The position numbers were made by a program, and so were the translations under genes. DNA of 64,000 nucleotides, taken from Octopus sinensis. Lineage: Eukaryota. The stretch spans positions 5,828,001 to 5,892,000 of the forward strand of contig NC_043005.1 in assembly GCF_006345805.1 (NCBI RefSeq), in the 5' to 3' direction. Shown piece by piece: positions 26,287 through 40,700 of the stretch. The notes under the pieces were generated by a model. It did no database searches, was not told the DNA's origin, and worked only from the letters and a program-made list of their open reading frames with translations. Every line of letters begins with the position of its first letter. Position 1 is the stretch's first letter.

Positions 26287-29200
26287 TAATAATAATAACA
26301 ATAATAAGTAATACTTAAATTTTCTTTTCTCCACTAGAAGCAGAATAAAGATTTTCCATCCACAAATAAATCTTTGCCACACAAGCCACACTTCTCCCTT
26401 TTACGTGTGCGGAGTCCTTCACCATCTCGTAAGATTTCCACCTCACGTACACCCTCACCAGGTGTCAAGTCTTCCATTGAAGATAAGACGGTTGCAGAGT
26501 CTTTAACTGCAGAGACAATACCAGAAGAAGAAGATGAAGCTGATATAGAAGAAGTTCTCTCAGAAAGCAATAAACAGGAGGACGAGGTGGACTTGAGCGA
26601 AGATCTTTCAAGAAGTTAGTAAAATTTTTATGTTATTCTATGGCAATATGTGTACATGTGTATGTGATCTGAAGGCATGTGTCTTAGTGGTTGGGTATTC
26701 AGTACTATGTCTGTGGAGTACTCTGCCACTTGCACATTAATTTCAGCAGGCTGTTCTGTTGATCAGATTAACTGGAACACTCATTGCCGTAACTGATGAA
26801 GTACCTGGGTGTGCGTGTGAGTGTGTGTGTGTGTGTGTGTGGTGTGTGTGTGTGTGTGTGTGTGTGTGTTGTCAACATCATTGTCATCTTAACATCTGCT
26901 TTTCCATGCTTGCCTGTGTCAGACAAGTGTATGTCCAGGCAGAGTTATGTGAGTGGATGCTTTTCTTGCCTTCAAACTCACTCCTCCCAAATGTGGTGAT
27001 AATTTACCCATCTATAAAATAACAACCAGATCAGACTGTTTATGTGGAGAACTAGAAACAAACCACACCATTTAAACGAGCCTTTTGTTTACAAGGATTT
27101 TTTAATCCTTGTAATGGATTTTTAAATCCATTTAAATGAGCCTTTTGTTTACAAGGATTTTTACAAGGGTTTTACAAGGATCACACAACATGTTGAGACA
27201 TATCAAGGGGCTTCGACATGTTTTCCTGTTGGACTGTAAGTAAATGGGATTGTTAGTGGAGCCATTGTTTACAAATCAGTGGATGCAAGGAAATATGAAA
27301 CTCACTCATGCAAATGTGCACACACACACACACACACAAACACACAAAGGGCTTCTTTCAGTTTCTGTCTATCAGATCTATTCAAAAGTCTTTGGTTGGT
27401 TTTGGGCTTTAGTAAAAGACACCCAAGGTGCCAGTGCTATGCAGTGAGACTGAACTGAAAACCATGAGCTTGAAAACTGAACCTCTCAACCACACAGCCA
27501 TGCAAGCATGCATGCATATGTAGGTAGACATGTCTGAAACAAATTATTTTCACACCCATTATTTGGGATTTCAAATTTAATCCTTTGCTGAAGGAGGCTC
27601 TTTTAGTCATCTCTAATAAACTTGCTTGAAATATGTGCTATTCCCATCCCATGACTTAATAATTTGCACTATAAAGTTCTGCCTATAACTTTTTGTTTTA
27701 ATTCTTCATGAGTAATTAATTATAAACTTTTGGCGTTTTGATACAGATTTGGGGCATAGCAAAGTAATTTTGCTACAATTAATGTGGTGTGTGTGTATTT
27801 TGTGTTGGTGTTGTTTGGGCACCAAGTTGGCCCTGATTCAGGCAACTTATGATCACAGGCATCTATCTATGACTGTACTATTTGATATGACATTTGCAAA
27901 AAATCCCCAATCAGCTAAAATTTGCTTTTGGCTGGAAAAAGTAGAAAACCATTCAAAGCGTCACTATCTACGGAGATTAAATCTACATTCATGCCATTGG
28001 TCAACTTGAGTTATCTTCCTTAGCTGAATTTTTTGTAATCATGAGAATGGAAATCACTACTTGTCAAAAGTGATTATACCACTTTATCTGCTTCCAAATA
28101 TCTATACCAATTGATTAAGCTGTTCTGTGAGCATTGTGCTTTGCTGTTGAGATCTAATAAGGCATGAACAAGTATGTAGCTGTTTCCCTTACCTGCTAAC
28201 AAGGATCAAATCCCCCCCCCCCCTCAGTATGAAAATTTAATTTTCTGTGAACATAATTAATTTCCAGAAATGGCTCCCTTTTCTTTGAGAGTTAATATTT
28301 GCAACTAGTTTTTTTATTTTTCTTCAAGAATTAAATTTTAATTCAATTAATTTTTTGCTTAGGTCATTCGGTACATCATAACTTACTCGAGCGATAAATA
28401 TTCGTCATACGGCAAATTGAGTTATTTCCCTTAGCTAATTTTTTTAATGTATTAATTTTGCTCAGAACAGGGGAGATAACTAGGTTTGGTACTTTATAAA
28501 GTTTTTTTCTGTTGTTAAATTTGGATTTTAACCGCCAAATCCCTCAATAAAAATTGTGTGTGTGTGTGTGTGTATTTATTTAGGTATGAATATATTTATA
28601 TAGATGTGTTTCTGTATGTATATATACGTTGAATTTTTCTGTTTTTAATTTATTAGTATTCTTCTTAGGTGGGTGGGGTCAATTTCTCACAAGGAAATTA
28701 AAGCTCCATCATTGGAACTTAGATAACAGCGATAATAATTGCTACATATCGAACTTGAGAAAAGCCTGGCATATTTTAAGTTCCACTTGAAAATTGTATG
28801 AGAAAAGTGTGTATTAGCTGTCATTTTTCTTTACTTGAAAATCTTAGCTCATATTTGTCAAGACACAGATATTGAGTGACAAACATTTATAAGGGAGGAG
28901 GCTGTGTAAATGACCACCACCACGGCAATCATCGACAGCATCGTCATTGTTGCTGTCACCAGCCTCATCATCATTGCCAGTTTGTGTCCACTTTACCATG
29001 CTGGCATGGGTTGTGGGCCAGTTTCTATTTGAAGTCACTGTCTTCCTAGAAAGGTTAGCAGATCATGTCTTGTTCACACATTCCACTTTCAGCTAGAATT
29101 TTGCAAATTTTATGGTGGCCCTTAACTCTGACACCAAAATAGGCTGTCATTTTACCAATCACTTTCACATAACATCTTCATTGTGTCCCAATCCAATGTC

Positions 29201-32200
29201 GGATCAGCCTGCCACCATCAATTATTTCAACACAAGTCACTCCATTGCCTTTCTGCCAATATTTCTCAACACCATGGTTTCACACAGCCAGGGAGGTTTG
29301 ACAATCAATATTTCATATTCAATCTTGGAACCATGGCAGTAATGGACTTCTGCCTACTACTCCTCCCACTCCGGTTACAGTAATTCCTGTTTTAACCTTT
29401 ATCTTTCCTCTCACTCAGATCGTCCCTTTACCTTACACTTCTACAGTTTCCCTTTTTTGTCTTTTTATTTCCTTTTCCTTCTTTTTTCACCCAGTTTCTT
29501 TATTCTGCCATTTCCTGTCAATGAATGCACTCTCCTGTTGTTGGACATTCTCTGTCACTTGCTGCCAGTCGTTTGGATCCACCTGTCATTCCATCAGCCC
29601 ATTCATCCATTTGTCTGTCTGTCTGTCCACTCATCTGTCCATGCATGTAGACACACACACACACACACAGAGAATGTACATACATACAAACACATGCATA
29701 CAGACACACACACATATACATACAGACAGACACACACATACATTCATACATACATACAAGCATACATACATACACAGATGCGCATGTACATACACACGCA
29801 CACACATATACACTCATATAAATTTGATCACCACGTTTCCTTAATTCCCTGTTATTTCTATATATTTTCAGTGAACATCTTCAACATTGATGATTTGGAA
29901 CTTGCCAGTGCTGCAGCCATTTCCTCAGAGAAAGAAGAAAGTGAAACTGAAACAGAGGAACAGGATGTACAGCAGACATCGAAGAAACCAAAGAAAAACC
30001 TGTTAACAAGCAAGAAAGTATCAGATGTATCAGTCAGTGAAGATATTCCTGAGAGAGGAAATGCAGCCAATATTTTCTCCTCATTTGGAGTTCATAGCAT
30101 TGAAGAACTCATACCAAGGAACCATTCAGCTTTAAGTAATCATCAGACTGTAAGTTTTGAAGGTGCATCTATTGTCAAGACTGCATCACATCTAGAGGAG
30201 TCCATTGCAGAATCAGTGCCTGAAGATTCTATTGTGTCTGATGTACCATTAGGCAGGAAGCGAACACCTTCTGTGGCAGTGTTGGAAACCTATTCTGAAG
30301 ACTTTACTACTCTGAGTAATTCTAAATCTGAATCTGCAGAGTACACTGAGGACTTCCATACTCTTTCTGCTTCTAAAACAGTCGACAAGGTGACCAATAC
30401 CTCCACTATTTTTGTAACAGAGTAAGAGCTTTCAGATTTTTATCTCTTTGGTCAATATTGCTGTTGTTGTTGCTATTTTTACTTTTTGTTAAAAGAGAAG
30501 GCAATGCCTAAGATCCCTTACAGGGTCTCTGTGGCTAGTGGGAGGGAGAGAAGAAGGGAGGTCTTCAAACAAGGACCCTGTCCTGAATGCTTGCAATAAA
30601 GTGGATTCTATCAAAGACACTCAGCTAGGTGATAGTATCAACCCTTTAGCATTCAGATGACTCTGTCAAATGTAGTTCTTTTTTTATTGATATTGTTTTG
30701 AATTAATCATATATTATCTTGTAACTTCAAGATTTCAATGCCATTCTTGCTTATTCTTAGAATGACATTGTAGGGTAGGTGTGAAAGGTTAAATCTGGCC
30801 TATTTGAACATATAGCAGACTGAATATTTGGGCAGGTGACCATCCAAGTTAAGTCTACTACTCAGGGAGGCAACACTAGAATTGAACTCAGAATGCAAAG
30901 AACTGGCACAAATGCTACAAGGCATCTTGTCTGACATTCTTATAATTCTGCCTATTCACCACCCCTGAAGGGGAAAGACAAAGCTGGCTTCACTGGGATC
31001 CAAACACAGAAGGCAGAGTGTTGGCAAAAATAGCACAAAGCAGTGTGTCTGATGCTCTACTGACTCTGTCAATTCGTCTCTTATTATTGTTATTGTTGTT
31101 AAGTTGTTATTGCTATTGGACATTTCTTGTTCTTCCAAAATAAGTTTTGCAAGGTGAGACAAGAACACTCACTGATTCTCACAGGAGAGTGATATTCTGT
31201 AGAAGTTGGATGTAAGGGTTTTATTAGGATCAAACTGAGACCGTGGCAGCTACCAGTTACTATCCAGCATTGGCAAGCGAACATCGTCTTGAAGGGGGTC
31301 CAGGCAACAGTTAAGAGGGCCAGCCATTGGCCATGGCTGAAAAGGAATGATGAAGCATGGCTGGAGAGGTGATGATCCTGAGATTGACTTGAGGATGGAT
31401 ACTAGTCAATTGAAATAGTAGATAGGGCCTCACATCACTGATAGTGGAAGTGGTGAGGGTGGTGTTCCGTAAATGGTGTGCATTCTCTTCTGATGATCCC
31501 TGAAACCTGGCATTCAGTATGTGGAGTTTTCAACTGACTGCGCTTGCACTTGCAAGCTCTTCCTAATTCCCTTACATGAATGAACACTTATACTCAACTC
31601 CAAACCACAGGCTGTATTTAAATAGACAGGTGCAGACATAGCTGTGTGGTTAAGACATTAGCTTCTTAACCACATAGATTTGGGTTCAGTCCTACTTGTG
31701 GCATCTTGGGCAAGTCTCCCTCATCGCCATATTTTAATGTCAATCTTTCATGCTCACATGGATTGGACATTATCTCACAGGTCCGAGAAGTGGATCATGC
31801 TCCAATGTCTGCTTTATCGTAGTTTCTATGGTTGGATGCCCTTCCTTATGCCAGCCACTTTACAAAGTGTGGTAGGTGATTTTTACATGGCTTCAGCACA
31901 AGTGAAGCCCCCACGCAGTTTGCAAGACTCACTCAGTGACCTTCTTATATAGCACTGGGGCTGACCAATATTTTGTGAAGGAATTTGGTAGACGAAAATT
32001 GAAAAAAAAACCAAAAAAAAAACCGTCACATGTATGTGTGTGTGTATTTAGTAACATAGATTGAGTTACTGACGAGGAAGGCAACGTCGTTGTTCGCCGT
32101 CGCCAATAAGCAGTGTCGTCATCGTTTATGCTTCGACAGGAAATTTTAACAAAATCATTCTCTGTCTCTGCTTTCTCGAATTATCCCAAATCAGTGACCA

Positions 32201-32611
32201 AAAATCAAATACTTATCTTGAAAAACTAGCGGGGGTTGGTTAAAAAACCTCCCTCGAAATCGTCTGTCCGAGCTATAATTGCAAGGAAACAGACGTTAAA
32301 TGATATAAATGAACGGTGAAACTAAGATCTCTCCGCTAAACACACACACACATACTGTCTGAATTGTTATTCCTTTATTGGATTCAATCATTGGACTATG
32401 ACCATGCTGGAGTAATATTTCCAAGGCTTTTAGTCAATTGAAATGTACCCAGTACTTCGTTACTCGTTTTTCTGAGGTCTATTCAATGGCTGAATTCCTC
32501 GAGTGACGTCCCTTTGCGGGAAGTTCACTCCCCTTACATAGATAAAAAATTTATACCTGTAAAGAATTTATACCTGGTTAACGTGTGTGGAACACAAACA
32601 CAGATTCTCTC

Positions 32612-32664
<53 letters not shown>

Positions 32665-33094
32665 AGCTGACTCTGTAATTAAAAACTTCGCTTCCCAATT
32701 GGATGGTCTCTGGTTCATTCCCACTGCATGGAACATTTGGACAAGTGTCTTCTACTATAGCCCCAAGCTAACGGAATCCTTCTGAGTGGATTTGGTTGAG
32801 AGAAACTGAAAGAAGACCGTTGTGCATGTACACATATAACTTTCACATAGAAAAGGTTGACAGTGACTTCGAAGTCACTGTCAACAGCAACCTATTTCTT
32901 GTATGTACTTTACTAAAAAGTAGAGTAATCTTCCACTTTTTACTGTTGAAATAATTTTATATATAAAGATTTGACATAATCACACACACACACACATTCA
33001 CATTTATCGATTCACTCCCTCCCTACCTACCTCCTTCCCTCGGTATTTCTCTCTCAACAAGAACCTTTTTCTCTTGAAATAAATTTTAATTCTA

Positions 33095-33146
<52 letters not shown>

Positions 33147-35013
33147 TCCCTCTCCCTCTCTCTCACACACACACTCTCTCTCTCACACACACACACTCTC
33201 TCACACACACACTCTCTCTCTCTCACTCACACACATACACACACTCTCTCTCGCTCTCTTTCTCTAATTGAATTTCTCTCTCAACAATCTATCACTAGTC
33301 TTTTTTTGAAGTATGTGTTGCATTGTCTCCATATTGAAAGACACACACACACACACAAATAACTATATTGTTTATAATGTAAGTTTTTTTTCTGTTGTGT
33401 TGTGTCAACAGACTTGCACTTAAAATTCCCACCTTTTTAATCATAACTTGTTAGTTACTATGGTGACAGCACTATCTATCTATCTACCTATCTATCTGTC
33501 TATCTGTCTGTCTGTCTGTCTATCTAGTACGGAGAGACAACTAGGTAACGCTGTTAGTAGGAGAAGTTGGAAAGATGAAAGGGGGAGTAGAGTGTAGTGT
33601 TCGAAAGAAACAGGGGATGCTAAGCTAACAGAAAGAATAGGAGGAATGGACAGGTAGAATGGACAGGTAGAAGAAAGTACCAATTGAGAAATTAGCAATT
33701 AGCGAGGGAGAAACAAAAAGCTAAAAATGAAAAATGACAAAATTGAAAAATGATGAAAAAATGAAATAATGTAAAGATGATGAGAAGTTGAGGCAGTGTG
33801 AAAGGGTGAGGCTACCTCATCTATTTATCTGTCTATCACACACTCTCTCTCTCACACTCACTGTATTTCTATCTCAACAACAACTTTTTCTCTTCCCCAT
33901 CTTCTAAAAATACATTGTGATGTATATTTTGATTGCTCCCATTAATACATGTAGAGACGGACAGAGAACCACTTCTCTTTTATAATGTATGTGTATGTAT
34001 GCTTGTATGTATATGCACATGTACATGCGTATATATTTGTGTCTCCTCATCTTGGCACTGTACGATAGCTGTATATGAATATCAGTCATAAAAGCAATGT
34101 CATTCGTTTCCAATTGTCCATGGAAATATGCCCAGCCTTGGGAAAATACCACTTTGCTTTGAAACAGGTGAGGGTTGGTGACAGGAAAGGTATCTGGCTG
34201 TGAGGTCCATTATATTTGTTTAAGTGATGCTAGCATGGAAAAACAGACGTAAATAGAACTCAAACTGCAATTCATGGCCATCTTTTTATTATGCCGCCAG
34301 AATTTTGTCTAGTACTCTACCAATAATGCCAGTGTTTGTGATATTGTAAAGAACTGCTAAATTGTTGTAATTCCTGGGGACTAATTATAGAAGAATATCA
34401 ATAACTTACAATGAGAAGTTTGTATCGCAACCATTTGGTTAAGGGTTCTGTCCTCACTTTGTGATTGGGATGGCTAACGATTAAAATTCAAGGTAATTTT
34501 TTGTTAGGTGTGCCATTTAGAAAGTCTGTGGGCCGCAGGATATCCATGACTGTTCTATACTATGTCTGCAAGGTGACCAGTAACTTGAGAGTGAAATTTG
34601 TTGACAGAAACTGAAGAAGCCTGTCGTGTGTGTGTGGCTGGGTGTTTGTGTGATTCTTATTTTCTGTGTTTGTTGACTTGTAAACAAAACAACAGCCACA
34701 CATTCTGAATATAGGTGGTGTCATATGCTGATGGTCAACCATGAAAGCACATCCAGGCTTTTTGACATGTTTTGGCGTGTCATAACTTTTGTCCCTTGTG
34801 TCCCTGAGGGAGCATGGGACATCAATGAACTTGTTTTTTTACTATATTTGGTTATTCTCTTAAACACCTTTCTTGTCATATTTCTGGGGAAATGCACTTT
34901 GCTTCCAATGACAAAACCTTGAAAAATAGCTTAATCCGCTCCTTGCACTTCAAGTTATTCTGACATCCCTGATATGTGTGTGTGTGTGTGTGTGTGCATA
35001 TGTGTCAAAGAAG

Positions 35014-35080
<67 letters not shown>

Positions 35081-35613
35081 CTAAATAGATTCAGAAAGAT
35101 TTGAAAATTTTTTAGTGTTTTTGTTAATATTTCCAAATGTTATTTAGTAATTTTGTTAACCATTACAGGTCGAAAGTATCAAAGAAAAAACGACACAAAA
35201 CACATAAAAAGGGGAGCAGTGTTGCGACACAAACCCAAGAATCAGATTTCAAGCCTTGTTTAGAATGTCTTTACAAGAACCAAGACTGGAAGGGTCGACC
35301 TTTACATGAGGGTGGCAGAACCAAAATTCCACCTCCCAAGACAGGCTATTATCCTTGTGGGCTCCATTCTGTCATAAGTAAGAAATGCTTCTGTTGCTTT
35401 TAACTCTTTGATTGTTTCCTGATATTTTCTTTTGTTTAGTTCCAGAGATTTTACTTTGGAACATATTTCAAATTATGTATTAACTGAGAAGATTCTAATG
35501 TAAAAGATGTTACATATTAAAAAGTACTGACTTGAGACAGGATTGGCATTAGTATTATAACATTGCTGGCAGTGCTAAGTGGCTGATGAACTACCTTGTG
35601 GGACAAGCCCTTT

Positions 35614-35644
<31 letters not shown>

Positions 35645-36038
35645 TTATTTTAAATAATGATATATGTAACCCCTACTAAATATGTTGAGTGCCTCTTTCT
35701 TTCATTTGTCCACTAACTCATATATATGAAGGGGTGCTAAAAAGTTCCTGGGTTTAGGGGTATTGCAAAAGGTCTGGTTGGAGGCCCAAACTTTTAAGTT
35801 CTTTTACAGGGCGTAGAAAAACTGAACGATAACTGCTATAAATGTATGAATCTGAGGAGAGAATATGTTGAATATAATTGTAATTAACTGTATGAGTATA
35901 TTATATATATATATATAATATATATATAATATATATATATATATACATACATACTTACGTACATATATATATACATACATATATATACATATATATATAC
36001 ATACATATACATATATATATATATATATATATACATAC

Positions 36039-36117
<79 letters not shown>

Positions 36118-37752
36118 CATATACATATCTATATACATACATATATATATAATACATATTATCCGCACAGCTCAAAGTAAGGTGAATAAAATCAAAATAA
36201 GCAACAGGATATCAAGTAGTAATGCAGTACGACTGTTTCAAGGGCATCCATTTAATTGAGCAATGCAGTCATTACATCAATTTAAATTCAGTGCTATCTT
36301 AAGCTGCACAAATAAAGAAATGGAACAATTTTTCTTAAATATTTTAACAGAGTAAGAAGATGTAGCTAAGAATAGACTACAACTTCCAAGAATTGAATGG
36401 ATCATAGCTGGGGGTCATAGGGTTGTAATTCATTTCTAATTCATTTATCTCTTTATCAACTACTAAATCTGGGACTAGAAGACTCTCTCTCTCTCTTTCT
36501 CTCTCTTTTACTTGTTTCAGTCATTTGACTGCGGCCATGCTGAAGCACCGCCTTTAGTCGAGCAAATCGACCCCAGGACTTATTCTTTGTAAGCCCAGTA
36601 CTTATTCTATCGGTTTCTTTTGCCGAACCGCTAAGTGATGGGGACGTAAACACACCAGCATCGGTTGTCAAGCAATGCTAGGGGGACAAACACAGACACA
36701 CAAACACACAAACACACATACATACATATATATATATATATATATGTATACGACGGGCTTCTTTCAGTTTCCGTCTACCAAATCCACTCACAAGGCATTG
36801 GTCGACCCGGGGCTATAGCAGAAGACACTTGCCCAAGATGCCACGCAGTAGAACTGAACCTGGAACCATGTGGTTGGTTAGCAAGCTACTTACCACACAG
36901 CCACTCCTGCACCTGTTTCTACTTTGAATAAAGGACAAGAGTGTGTTGACAGTTCATGGCTGGGTATGGTTATAAATATTATCAAATGTATCCCTTTTAC
37001 TTCAGGGAGGAAATAAGATATTAAGGGTAGTCAGATGGATATAAGTAACTGTCTATAAAAAGAAGCAGGGTAGGAGTAGACTTGTATATAGATAGTTGAT
37101 AATAAGACCAACATTAATTTAGGTGGTTGCTGGTCTAAAATAGCATTATATAGTTATAGAATTAAAATTATATCAATCATATGTCTACCTGCTAGAAATG
37201 AGAGCTAAAACCTTCGTTTAAATCATCAAAATGACGCTGAAAATAATAACAAAATCAACAGTACTCAGGTGAAACGGATTGAAAAAATTCCCTCACATAC
37301 TTATATAGCATAAAGCTATATTAATATTGCTGTTATTATCAACTATTTATATTGTCTTTGATAATAATAGCAATATTAATATTCTGTTGCATCTGGGGAG
37401 AGTCATTTTCTTTTTGTGCCTTATAATGTAACAAACTCACCGGTAAAATTTCCACTTTTTCTTATTTTTATTTTCCTAAAATTTTCATTGCATCTTGCAA
37501 CCTTTTCAATAGTCTTGACTCTGTCCAAGACAAAATGAAAATTTTAGGAAAATAAAAATAAGAAATAAGTGGAAATTTTACCGGTGAGTGTGTTACATTA
37601 TAAGGCACAAAAAGAAAATGACTCTCCCCAGACACAACAGAATATGTTTCAACACACGAACTCATATGAAGAATCTTGCAAACCAAATCCCAAAACGAAA
37701 TAGCAATATTAATATCTATATAAATATTCAATCCTGAATAATTGTTCCTGAT

Positions 37753-37790
<38 letters not shown>

Positions 37791-40700
37791 TTTTGTCGTA
37801 ACAGCTCTCAATAGTTGTAAACCACTGTCAGCCTCATACAGTTAGCAATATTTCTCCATGTCTGGCCAATGGGAAATATTACATTATTTGGAAGCAGGGT
37901 AAGTGTTGGCACTTCATGATTTATCCTGTAAATGTTGGTAATTTAGTCATAAATAAATAAAAACCCCAATTTCTTGTTAATTTTATGGTCAGGTAATGGG
38001 TAAATTCTTTCTTTTATTGCCTTTGTTTTCAGACCAGAATGTCTACAACCCCAACTTACAGGTTGTCCAGGATATGATGAGGCAGCAAGTAGAATTTACA
38101 CAGCAGTTCTGCGAATCACAGAAATACCTTTACCATACTCTCACAGACAGTATTCAACCATCCTATGTATACACTACACTGAAAGACACCAAAGAGGTGA
38201 CAGAATAACTTTGGAATTATTCAAGAAATATTGCATGTGTATGTCTGCTGGTGTGTGCATGCATGTTTTTCTGTTTTTTATTAATGGCCTGTATAATTTG
38301 AGTAACCATGTTGCTTCTCTACAGCAAGAAACTTGTTCTGTTCTGGTCCCTCCTTTCATACTTTTACCCCACATCTCCTAGCATAAAACCACTTCTCTCT
38401 CTCTCTACTGTAGTCTCTCTCAATCAAGGGGTTCATTTATTTTGAAAGCTGCACAGTGTCTTTATTAGTGCTGTGCCATGCAAAGAAGTGCATCCGGTTC
38501 ATTCTGTATAGTGATTGGCATTAAGAAGGGTTTCCAGCTGTAGAACCTACACCAGGATTGAGACTTGGATCCTGTTTAACCATTGAAACCATATCAGCAG
38601 GATAAGTGGATGTTGAATGATGATGATAATGATGGGGGCAACATTAATGACGATAAGTACGGGGCTGTGATGATGGTGGTGGTGATGGCTTAGTCAAAGG
38701 GAGAAGGGTATTGTCTATGACCTTTTGCCAGGTCCTGTGGAGACTGGAGGGGTAAAAAGCACTGGTGTTGGTGCCACATAAAAAGCACCCAGTACACTTT
38801 GTAAGGTGGTTGGTGTTAGGAAGGGCATCCAGCCATAGAGACCAAACTAAAATAGACAATTGGAGTCTGATTGAGCTCTCTGGCTTGCTAGCTCCTGTTA
38901 AACCATCCAACCCATGACAGCACGAAAATCGGACATTAAATGATGATAATGATGACTTGACTCAAATAGCTGTAACAGAGTGGATTCCACGAAAATTGGT
39001 GGTGTTGTTGTTGTTGGTGGTGGTGGTGGTGATGTAAAATTGGGAAATTCCGTGCTTTGAAAACAAAGTACAGCCTATCCGATGACCTAGTACACTGTTT
39101 CTTGTCCACTTACAAAGTTTTTGTCAGTCTGTGGCCAAGGTTAAAGACACTTGCCAAAGACGATCATGCTTGGTGAGATTGAACACAGAACCATGTGATT
39201 GTGAAGGGGACTTCTTAGGCACTTCAGTGTGTGTGTGTGTGTGTGTGTGTGTGCATATCTCCATGTCTGTATGTGTATATCTGTGTGTGTGTGTGTATGT
39301 GTGCAGATGTATGTGTAAGTGTTTGTGCCTTCATGTTTCTGTGTATGCATCTGTGTCCATATCTGTATGTATATATCTATGTGTATGTGTGTGTGTGCAT
39401 GTGTCCACATATCTGTATATCTGTATGTGTGTTTGTGTGTGTGTGTGTCTAATTAAGTGTTGTTTGTAATCTGAGGTTGTAGGAGAGTGCAGTGTCCACA
39501 GATTTTTCAAATCCTCTTTAAATAACAAATTAGGTCAGTTGCAGTTGAGTGAAGTTAATAATGTTAATATTTAGTTTAAACTTATAAAGGTCAGGAATCA
39601 TCATCATCATCATCATCCTCATCATCGTTTAACGTCTGTTTTCCATGCTGGCATAGCTTGGATGGTTTGACTAAGATCTTGAGAGCCAGGAGGCTGCACC
39701 AGGCTCCAATCTGATCTGGCAATGTTTCTACAGCTGGATGTCCTTCGGTCTCAAAAATTTGTCCTACGAAGAAAGGCTGAGGAAGCTCGACCTTTATTCT
39801 CTTGAAAAACGCCGCCGTCGTGGTGATCTCATTCTCGCCCACAACATCATAAGCGCGGAAGTGTACCTCTCGAAAGAGCTGTTCTTCACTCCTGCTCCGG
39901 AGCGTCGGCTGCGGGGTCATTCCGAAAAGCTCTACCTGCGACGATTTCATCTCAATCGAAGGAGAGGAGCTTTCTCCGTCGGGTTGCGGATCCGTGGAAC
40001 AAGCTGCCAGATGAGATGGTGAAGATGCCGACGACCGCTTTGTTCAAAGCCTCCCTGGACCTCAAGTGGCCTGAACTCTTTACATGAACACCACCCTGTA
40101 CTTAACTCCATGTCCCCCTACATGGCCTTGCTATTTGCTTTTGAGCCAAATTAACTAACTAACTAACTAACATTTCTAGAGTGCAGTGGGTGCTTTTTAT
40201 GTGTCACTGGCACAGGAGCCAGTCAGGCGGGCCTGGTATCGATCATGTTAGGATAGTGCTTTTTACGTGTCACTAGCATGGAAGCCAGTCAATGGGTAGG
40301 TGAAAACAGACAGATGAAAGGATCACAAAGTTAGAGAAATAAGGGAGCTTTTTTGTAGCAATAATTAAAGATGTGATTATATCTAGATTTTCTTCATTGT
40401 CATCATCAACCATAATCTTTAATCATCATAATCAATCAACATTAGCCATGAATCATCACCATCATCAGTCATCATTTGTTATAATCAATCATCTTAATCA
40501 TCACCGCTAATTATCATAATCATCACTGTTAATCAGCATCATCAGTCATCATCTGACAGCAATCACTATCAATCATCTTCATTATCAGTCATCAGTGGGC
40601 ATCATAAAAATCAGCAATTATCATCATTATCCTCCATCATCGATCATCATCATCAGTCATCATTATAATGATCAACATTAATCATCATAACCAGAAACGT

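Noticed and set aside
29457-29871. N-terminal part of the 322-aa ORF
   Set aside because: Intronic (CA)n/(TACA)n microsatellite read-through; only 29872-30421 is exon.
31490-31520. CTGATGA-tccct-GAAAC
   Set aside because: Stem II absent and no NUH or stem I; at most a deleted remnant.
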